Shown here piece by piece: positions 57,550 through 64,000 of a stretch of DNA of 64,000 nucleotides; positions within the stretch are counted from its first letter, which is position 1; each line of letters begins with the position of its first letter. The notes below the pieces were generated by a model, which saw nothing but the letters and a program-made list of their open reading frames with translations, did no database searches and was not told the origin of the DNA. The position numbers and the translations under genes are program-made. The DNA comes from Bacteroidota bacterium (GTDB taxonomy: Bacteria; Bacteroidota; Bacteroidia; Chitinophagales; LD1), in contig JAFDYN010000002.1 in assembly GCA_018267385.1 (NCBI GenBank), forward strand, positions 130,548 through 194,547. Direction: 5' to 3'.

Positions 57550-59202
57550 ATGTCACTAAGCCAGTCTCACCGCGAGATCGTAGAAAACGCCATCAAGGCC
57601 ATTCACTCCCGCGCTTTCTTTGCACAATACCCTGAGTCACCAAAAGCCTACGGCGAAGAGGCTTCCACTGAAGGCCTGAAACTCTACAACGAGCAACTCG
57701 GCAAAAAGTTTGAACTGCTCAAGCAGCAGAACCCTACCGGCTGGATAGGAGAGGAACTATCTCCATATACCATGAAGCCGCTGGGCATCACGTATCCTAC
57801 CTTTGAGGTTGACACGCTGCTGGTACGTGCCGGTCGCGCCTTTGGCGAGTGGAAGAAGGTCTCTGCAGATGAGCGTGCCGAGGTACTGATAGACGCACTG
57901 GAACGCATCAAGAATAAGTTTTTTGAGATAGCCTATGCCACGCAGCATACTACGGGCCAGTCTTTTGTGATGAGCTTCCAGGCATCTGGTCCTCATGCCA
58001 GCGACCGCGCGCTGGAGGCACTGGCTATGGGCTGGGAAGAGCTGAAGCGCTTTCCTGAGTCTATCACATGGGAGAAACCAGCCGGCAAATCGACCATCAA
58101 ACTCCAAAAACAATACCATGCCATACCAAAGGGTGTAGGACTCATCATCGGCTGCTCTACCTTCCCTACATGGAATACAGTGCCTGGCCTCTTTGCCACG
58201 CTGATCACCGGCAATACAGCTATCGTAAAGCCGCACCCTAAGTCTGTCTACGCGATAGCCATCGTAGTAGCCGAGATCCAAAACGCCCTGCAGCAAAAGG
58301 GCCATGACATCAATATCTGCCAGCTGGCAGTAGACTCTTCTGACAATCTGATCACCAAGAAACTGGCCGAGCATCCGCTCGTAAAGCTGATAGACTACAC
58401 CGGTGGCTCTGCCTTTGGCAAATATGTAGAAAGCCTGTCCGGCAAGACGACCTTCACTGAGAAGGCCGGTGTCAACTCTGTGATCATAGACTCGGTAGCA
58501 GACCTCGCCGCTGTAGCGCAGAATCTGGCATTCTCCGTATCGCTCTACTCCGGCCAGATGTGCACAGCACCGCAGAACTTCTTCATACCGGAAGGAGGCA
58601 TCAGCTCTCCTGTCGGTAATATCAGTTATGAGGATACTGTCAAGGCGCTCATAGATGCGATCAGCGGTATAGCCAAGCACCCTGCCATGGGCCCCGGCAC
58701 ACTCGGCGCTATACAGAGCGATGCTACGCTGAAGCGTGTGGACTCCGTGAGCGATATCGCTACACAGCTCCTCGCACCTGGCAAAGTGGCCAATGCCGAG
58801 TATCCTGACGCACGCACCTCCTCTCCTATCGTACTGGAGGTCGCAGCCAAGGACTTTGGTATCTATGAGAATGAGCTCTTCGGCCCGATCGTACTCGTGA
58901 TCAAGACCAAAAACACCGCTCAGTCTGTAGAGCTGGCCAAGGAGATGGCAGGCAAGCACGGCGCTATCACTTGTGCGGCCTATAGCACAAACGAAGACAC
59001 CATCAAACTGATAGAAGAAGAAATGGAGTCCGTCTTCACGCCGGTATCCTTCAACCTGACCGGCGGCATCTTTGTCAATCAGCACGCTACTTTCAGCGAC
59101 TTTCACGTGACGGGTGGTAATCCTGCCGGCAATGCCAGCTTTACCAATCCGGAGTATGTCAATAAGCGCTTCGTGTGGGTGGGGCACAGGAGAAATGGAT
59201 AA
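57550..59202 (+). CDS. aldehyde dehydrogenase family protein, PaaN-like
   Basis: 550 aa with an ALDH fold (catalytic-Cys context SGQMCTAP and ELFGP). The N terminus and length resemble the phenylacetate-pathway PaaN proteins of Bacteroidota. Confidence 0.75.
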   Translation: MSLSQSHREIVENAIKAIHSRAFFAQYPESPKAYGEEASTEGLKLYNEQLGKKFELLKQQNPTGWIGEELSPYTMKPLGITYPTFEVDTLLVRAGRAFGEWKKVSADERAEVLIDALERIKNKFFEIAYATQHTTGQSFVMSFQASGPHASDRALEALAMGWEELKRFPESITWEKPAGKSTIKLQKQYHAIPKGVGLIIGCSTFPTWNTVPGLFATLITGNTAIVKPHPKSVYAIAIVVAEIQNALQQKGHDINICQLAVDSSDNLITKKLAEHPLVKLIDYTGGSAFGKYVESLSGKTTFTEKAGVNSVIIDSVADLAAVAQNLAFSVSLYSGQMCTAPQNFFIPEGGISSPVGNISYEDTVKALIDAISGIAKHPAMGPGTLGAIQSDATLKRVDSVSDIATQLLAPGKVANAEYPDARTSSPIVLEVAAKDFGIYENELFGPIVLVIKTKNTAQSVELAKEMAGKHGAITCAAYSTNEDTIKLIEEEMESVFTPVSFNLTGGIFVNQHATFSDFHVTGGNPAGNASFTNPEYVNKRFVWVGHRRNG

Positions 59203-59216
59203 AATACCCACTGGGC

Positions 59217-59260
59217 TATAATAGTAAAGGCGATGAATGATCATCGCCTTTACTATTATA
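59217..59260. terminator. bidirectional terminator formed by a 20-bp perfect-stem palindrome
   Basis: TATAATAGTAAAGGCGATGA-ATGA-TCATCGCCTTTACTATTATA. Confidence 0.75.
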
Positions 59261-59272
59261 AACGTAGCTTGA

Positions 59273-59749
59273 TTACTGTTGCATCAGATCAAAACTTTGA
59301 ATGGTGTGGTACCTACCGGAATAATCTTCCTGTATACGGATATTTGAGCCGGTCAGTCGTAACTTGTTATTTACAATGGTTACAGATACTTTTTGTGATG
59401 AGTTACCACCCGTAGCAGCACCAGAGAAAAACGCCAGGTTCATCACTTCTATAGATACCTGATTTCCGGTAGGTGAGCTAGATACGATTGGTATATCGCC
59501 GTTTGTCACAGGTAAACTACCACTGAATACAAAGCGTATCTCGTTAAAACCTGTAGTATCAATCGCTTCCATATATTTTCTTGAGCTGGTAGAGTTAAAT
59601 GTGTCATACTTAAAGCTGACTACCGGGTGCAGCGTATCATCCTGCACCCAACTCCCAGCGCCTGTGATCGGGAGGGTGACTGTTTGATGGCTGCAAGAGC
59701 CAATAAAAAGGATAGAAAATAAGGCAATGGTGTATACTAGCGTTTTCAT
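59273..59749 (-). CDS. lipoprotein of unknown function
   Basis: The internal Met gives MKTLVYTIALFSILFIGSCSHQ. It lies downstream of the TBDR cluster. Confidence 0.55.
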   Translation of the reverse strand: MKTLVYTIALFSILFIGSCSHQTVTLPITGAGSWVQDDTLHPVVSFKYDTFNSTSSRKYMEAIDTTGFNEIRFVFSGSLPVTNGDIPIVSSSPTGNQVSIEVMNLAFFSGAATGGNSSQKVSVTIVNNKLRLTGSNIRIQEDYSGRYHTIQSFDLMQQ

Positions 59750-59819
59750 GAGAAGAAAATGGTGAGTTGCTAATATATGCCTATCCACTCATCTTGCAAA
59801 CAGATCATCGCAAATTTGC

Positions 59820-60365
59820 TTATTGCACCACTACCGGATAGTCCGCCTCAAAGTCCACATTGCCCGGTGTAGGTGTGCCATTCTTGCCCATAGGCTGGTG
59901 GTAGAGTATCAGGCGCAGGTAGCCCGTGGCGCTGTCTCCTGTCTGCCAAGTACTCTGGAGGCCCAGCGGCAGTCCATGGGAGTCTTTATCCTGAATGGAG
60001 CTTTTGATCAGGCCTGATACAGGGTCTATAGTATAGACCACCAGATGGGTATCGCCCATATGCCTGATACTATCAGTGAGATCGAGTATAGGATTGCTGG
60101 CTTCATCCAGTATACGTAGCTGTATGGCATAGGTCCTGCCGGTGTGGAGGCGGATGGTGTCTATCAGCGTGGCTGGGCCACCCTCTGCCTCGCGGAAGTT
60201 GATATAGGCGAAGGTATCGGCTGTCAGGTTTGTCTGATCTGTAGCGATCACATCTATGCGAGAGATATACTCAATAGTAGAGAGCGCTGTGTCCGTCTTG
60301 CAGGAGTAGAGCCCGGCCATCAGGAGTGCCAGTACACTGAGTAGTATGACGATTTTTTTATTCAT
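59820..60365 (-). CDS. lipoprotein of unknown function
   Basis: MNKKIVILLSVLALLMAGLYSCKTD lipobox; 181 aa. Confidence 0.6.
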   Translation of the reverse strand: MNKKIVILLSVLALLMAGLYSCKTDTALSTIEYISRIDVIATDQTNLTADTFAYINFREAEGGPATLIDTIRLHTGRTYAIQLRILDEASNPILDLTDSIRHMGDTHLVVYTIDPVSGLIKSSIQDKDSHGLPLGLQSTWQTGDSATGYLRLILYHQPMGKNGTPTPGNVDFEADYPVVVQ

Positions 60366-60541
60366 CTCGCGGTTTAAAAATATTGAATATATCTGCCCTG
60401 CCTATTCACAAGCTAACAGCCTGGCGTGATAGCTGTACACATGCTTCGTTCTCATTCAGAAACGCATTACGGTCAGAATATTGCATGGCCTAGTATTTTG
60501 AAGGCAGATTTCATCGGTCAAAACTCAATTTTCAGAGAGAA

Positions 60542-60578
60542 ATCCCGGTGCTCCAGCCTGTGCCAATAGCACCGGGAT
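60542..60578 (-). terminator. putative terminator hairpin after the TBDR gene
   Basis: ATCCCGGTGCT - 15-nt loop - AGCACCGGGAT, then TTTCTCTC on the minus strand (a weak T tract). Confidence 0.4.
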
Positions 60579-60586
60579 CGGTGCTT

Positions 60587-63034
60587 TTATATCTTAAAAT
60601 CCAGTGGAAACACGACTTTGATGTTTACGTTTGTCCCCATGTTATAGATACCATTGCGGCCGGTATAGTTGCCCGGGTAGGGCTCAAAATACTTCAGGCG
60701 GCTCAGGTGGTCCTGATAGGCAGTGTTGAGCAGATTGGAGCCGAGTACATAGAGACTCATGATGGTCCTGCCCTTTTTATTAGCAAAACCCGCTCCTACT
60801 CCCGCATTCAGCAGGGCATAGCCGGTAGTAGGCGTCTCTGTGCCAAAGGCGCTGTAGACACGCCCTTGCCTCGCGTAGTAGGTTACCCCTATTTTCACAA
60901 AAGCATTGACGATCTGCGCCTTTTTGATGTTGAAATCATACCTGATCTCCGAGTTGCCATGCATGGGCGCTATGAGTGGTAGGTAGCGCTCGCTATCTGC
61001 CACAGCCCTGCCCTTCTCACCCAGAAAGTCGCCGTATGTCAGCGAGAACACATTCTCGATATGGAGAGAGCTGACCGGGTGAATATCCAGCCCTATCTCG
61101 CCGCCATAGAGCTGCGCACGGGCAGCGCGGTACTGAAAGGTCTGATTGCCGGGTACGAGGATAGAATCACCGCCATGGACGCTTTGTAGTTTCTGATTGT
61201 AGATGTAGTTCTGGATATAGTTGTAAAAAACATCTGCAGTCAGCGCCACATACTTTGACGTATAGCTGATACCAAAGTCCGGCTGGAGGCTAAACTCGGG
61301 CTTGAAGTCTGCATTTCCCATCTGATAGATATTGGTGCCGGGGTGTACGCCATTAGCTGATATCTCAGAAATATTGGGCGCACGGTAGCCACGGGCAAAG
61401 TTTAGTTTCAGCGCGAGTTGGTTATTGACGTTGTATGTCGCGCCGATGCTGCCCGTCACGCCTTGGAAAGTGGTGTGGTAATCAGAAAATACTTTAGTAG
61501 CGCCTGCTGTATCTGCACCGGATACAGGCATATCAAAACCTGTCACAGGGTTGGGCGCAGTATATAGCTGCTGATTATTAAAAATGCGAACGTCATAACG
61601 GATACCCGCTTCTATATCAAACTTGCCTATCTCCTTACGCACCACGGCAAAAGGCCCGAAGTCTATCTGTGAGTATGATGGTATCACAAACTCGGTCCCC
61701 GCCGTCACATTGTTCTGCTGGTACATGCCATTGATCCCGAGCGTAAAGTTCCAATGTCTGATCTCCGTCATGTGGTATTTGATATCAAAGTTGATCGTAT
61801 TGAGCTGCAAGTACAGCCCGGGGATATCGTACAGCAGCGGATGGCTGTACTCCCTGCGCACACTGCGCTGGTAGCCCGCATCTATATCCAGTGTGCCGCC
61901 CTTTGGGCCCAGATGTATATGGTTGTCAGCATTCACCCGGTAGTGCTGCACGCGCTGGTGCAGGCGCTCTATACTGTAGGTACGGAGGTCGTGCTGAGAA
62001 ACGATCTCACTATTGCCATCCTCATCTATCTGGCGGGTAAACTGCCGCGTGGCACTATCGCGGCTGCCGTCTGGTATTTCCTGCACATCATCGTAGAGTG
62101 AGAAGTTGACATGCGAGTAGCCCCAGGCCCGGTGTATGCCGAGAGAGGCGCTGGCATCTGTCTCGTTGAAGGCTGTATTGAACACCCGCCCGTCATACTT
62201 ATCAGTATAGTCCATAGCCTGCTTATGCGAGACACGGGCTATCCAGTCGATACCTTTCTTAGTGCCTTTGATCATCGCAGAGCCGCCGATCTGATTATTG
62301 TTTGTGCCGTAGTCCAGTGTCACATCTCCCTGCAGCCCGCCCTCAGGTGCAGGGCGCGTAGGGATGAGGTTCACTACACCAGCCAGTGCATCGCTGCCAT
62401 AGCTGAGGCTCGCAGGCCCCTTGATGATCTCTGCGCGCTCGACTCCGTATTGATCTACCTCTATCCCGTGCTCATCTCCCCACTGCTGTCCCTCCTGGCG
62501 CATACCATCATAGAGCGTGAGCACCCGGTTGAAACCCAAGCCACGAATGTACGGCTTTGATACATTGGGACCGGTGGTCACGGCAGTCACACCCGGTATC
62601 TTTGTGAGTGCGTCTATGGCATTCGTAGCCGAGTTAGTAAGCAGGTAGTCCTTATTGATCACCACGATGGGTATAGGGCTCCGGCTGATCTCCGTAGCGT
62701 GAGACTCGCCTGTCACTACTACTTCATTCAGCTCCCCTGCTGAGTGCGAGAGATAGATAGTGAGCGTATCTGGTGTCACCGCTGCGGTGATGGCCTGAGA
62801 TGCATAGCCCAGCATCCTGATCTCCAGCAGTACCCTGGCATCCGGCAGGTTATTGAGTGTAAATATGCCTGCGGTATCTGTCAGCGTGCCGCTCTTGTGC
62901 TCGGGCAGGTATATGGTCGCTCCGTAGAGCGGTTCTTTTGTGTCTTTGTCGTAGACTCGGCCTGACAAGGTATGCTGTGCGGGTAGAACCGTGTAGCATC
63001 CTATCAAGGCCATGAATAATGCAATATGCTTCAT
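60587..63034 (-). CDS. TonB-dependent receptor
   Basis: 815 aa with a signal peptide, a CarboxypepD_reg-like N terminus (LSGRVYDKDTKEPLYGATIYL), a plug, a barrel and a terminal aromatic residue (LDFKI). Confidence 0.9.
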   Translation of the reverse strand: MKHIALFMALIGCYTVLPAQHTLSGRVYDKDTKEPLYGATIYLPEHKSGTLTDTAGIFTLNNLPDARVLLEIRMLGYASQAITAAVTPDTLTIYLSHSAGELNEVVVTGESHATEISRSPIPIVVINKDYLLTNSATNAIDALTKIPGVTAVTTGPNVSKPYIRGLGFNRVLTLYDGMRQEGQQWGDEHGIEVDQYGVERAEIIKGPASLSYGSDALAGVVNLIPTRPAPEGGLQGDVTLDYGTNNNQIGGSAMIKGTKKGIDWIARVSHKQAMDYTDKYDGRVFNTAFNETDASASLGIHRAWGYSHVNFSLYDDVQEIPDGSRDSATRQFTRQIDEDGNSEIVSQHDLRTYSIERLHQRVQHYRVNADNHIHLGPKGGTLDIDAGYQRSVRREYSHPLLYDIPGLYLQLNTINFDIKYHMTEIRHWNFTLGINGMYQQNNVTAGTEFVIPSYSQIDFGPFAVVRKEIGKFDIEAGIRYDVRIFNNQQLYTAPNPVTGFDMPVSGADTAGATKVFSDYHTTFQGVTGSIGATYNVNNQLALKLNFARGYRAPNISEISANGVHPGTNIYQMGNADFKPEFSLQPDFGISYTSKYVALTADVFYNYIQNYIYNQKLQSVHGGDSILVPGNQTFQYRAARAQLYGGEIGLDIHPVSSLHIENVFSLTYGDFLGEKGRAVADSERYLPLIAPMHGNSEIRYDFNIKKAQIVNAFVKIGVTYYARQGRVYSAFGTETPTTGYALLNAGVGAGFANKKGRTIMSLYVLGSNLLNTAYQDHLSRLKYFEPYPGNYTGRNGIYNMGTNVNIKVVFPLDFKI

Positions 63035-63131
63035 GCTCCTTTTTATAGTCTGATAAAAGAATGGAGGCCCGTATAGCTACAGGCTGAAATATAGCTACGC
63101 TATACCTCTTTGAGTTTTCAGTGAAACGGTA

Positions 63132-63470
63132 TCAGGCTATGGCAGGAGGGCCACGGAGATAATAGTGCGCGGCCACTGTAGCATGATAGAGCGGCGCTAT
63201 GCGCTCACCGGTGCTACGCGGGAGGAATACTACAGTGAAAGAATAAACCTGCTGCGCATGTTCATAGATATGGTTGACATCTATTTTACAGATGTTACAA
63301 TCGTCTTCCTTATCTGTAGAGTGTATGTGGTGGTCACAGGCGTGATCGTGCGCCTCGGTATGATATTTGACAGAGAAAGAATAGTGAAGCTCCCGCACTA
63401 CCGTAGAGTACAGGAAGGAGCTGAGCAGGAATGCTACAGCTATGATCCGGCCTATGTGCCTTATCTTCAC
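63132..63470 (-). CDS. small His/Cys-rich membrane-anchored protein (start uncertain)
   Basis: ORF 63132..63626 would overlap the divergent sixA-like start. The GTG at 63470 gives (M)KIRHIGRIIAVAFLLSSFLY, a TM segment, then HTEAHDHACDHHIH...DDCNICK...LRGPP. Confidence 0.5.
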   Translation of the reverse strand: MKIRHIGRIIAVAFLLSSFLYSTVVRELHYSFSVKYHTEAHDHACDHHIHSTDKEDDCNICKIDVNHIYEHAQQVYSFTVVFLPRSTGERIAPLYHATVAAHYYLRGPPAIA

Positions 63471-63519
63471 GACGGCAAAAGTATTTAAAAACAAAGAAAC
63501 AGACTTTGAAATTAACGTT

Positions 63520-64000
63520 ATGAGATCAGTAGTGCTCATCAGGCATACTAAATCGGACTGGACCAGTGCAGTGGCAGACTTTGACCGCCCGATACGTGAA
63601 GACAGGAAGGAGGATGCAACCCTCATAGCCCGCGAGATAGCCCGCCGCGGCTTCCGCCCGGACTATATAGCAGCCAGCCCCGCCAGGCGCACCCTGCAAA
63701 CGGCAAAGCTGATCTGCCAGGAGTGGGACTATAAATATGCGGATGTAGTACAAGACAAAACCCTGTATGAGTCTACTCCCTATGAGATCATACAGCACCT
63801 GCGCGGACTGGATGATAAAATACAGAATGCGGTGGTGATCTGCCACAATCCATCCATCACCTACTTTCTCAATCGCTACGGAGATACCTACATAGACAAT
63901 GTGCCGACCACCGGGGCTGCCCTTATAAGATTTGACAAAGGCCACTGGGCTGACATAGGCGAGCGCGGCAAAATGGAATGGTTCTTGCGGCCAAAAGACC
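63520..64000 (+). CDS. SixA-like histidine phosphatase family protein (3' end runs off the window)
   Basis: This is not in the supplied ORF track because there is no stop in the window. The frame from the ATG at 63520 is open to nt 64000. Motifs are LIRHTKSDW, RPI...G, SPARRTLQTA, CHNP and PTTGAALI. Confidence 0.8.
   Translation, partial: MRSVVLIRHTKSDWTSAVADFDRPIREDRKEDATLIAREIARRGFRPDYIAASPARRTLQTAKLICQEWDYKYADVVQDKTLYESTPYEIIQHLRGLDDKIQNAVVICHNPSITYFLNRYGDTYIDNVPTTGAALIRFDKGHWADIGERGKMEWFLRPKD

Noticed and set aside
57757-59244. 495-aa ORF antisense to the aldehyde dehydrogenase gene.
   Set aside because: It is Arg/Leu-rich with no motifs, which is typical of a stop-poor antisense frame. 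The plus-strand ALDH has clear catalytic motifs.
63471-63626. The longer N-terminal extension of the His/Cys-rich protein ORF (start at 63626 or at the Met codon at 63539).
   Set aside because: It would overlap the divergent SixA-like start codon at 63520 and adds a non-hydrophobic leader. The GTG at 63470 gives a typical short basic N terminus followed by a TM segment. This remains uncertain.
63526-63945. 139-aa minus-strand ORF at the right edge.
   Set aside because: It is fully antisense to an open SixA-like frame that carries the RHxxS, SPARR and CHNP motifs.

Overview
This window looks like a chromosomal segment of a Bacteroidota genome that carries gliding and type IX secretion (T9SS) genes. 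Most of it is housekeeping backbone: uvrA, a sigma-70/ECF-type sigma factor, clpP-clpX, aspartate kinase, a 2-oxoacid dehydrogenase E2, nadE, yidD, uppS-bamA, tag, an AlkA-like glycosylase, gltA, a PSP1 protein followed by gldH, and porX. Envelope and accessory loci are interspersed. They include a 1866-aa collagen-like, adhesin-repeat, tail-fibre-chaperone surface protein followed by a lipoprotein operon. There are two TonB-dependent receptor clusters and three proteins with T9SS C-terminal sorting domains.

The clearest accessory region is a ~4.8 kb AT-rich integrative element at 41507..46352. It is bounded by a perfect 49-bp direct repeat that duplicates the 5' half of a tRNA-Gly(CCC) gene. 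It carries a tyrosine integrase, an XRE regulator divergent from a small membrane protein, a RecA/AAA-type ATPase and a small GvpU-like protein.

Other notable signals:
- An 84-bp palindromic element sits in frame inside uvrA, with a half copy in the uvrA upstream region.
- The giant surface gene contains exact 174-bp and 336-bp internal periodicities.
- A Cys-rich lipoprotein has poly-Gly codon tracts.
- The PSP1 protein has a tandem-repeat R/N/Q/G tail.

I saw no rRNA genes and no CRISPR array. All functional calls come from reading motifs in the translated ORFs and from memory of protein families. No database search was run.
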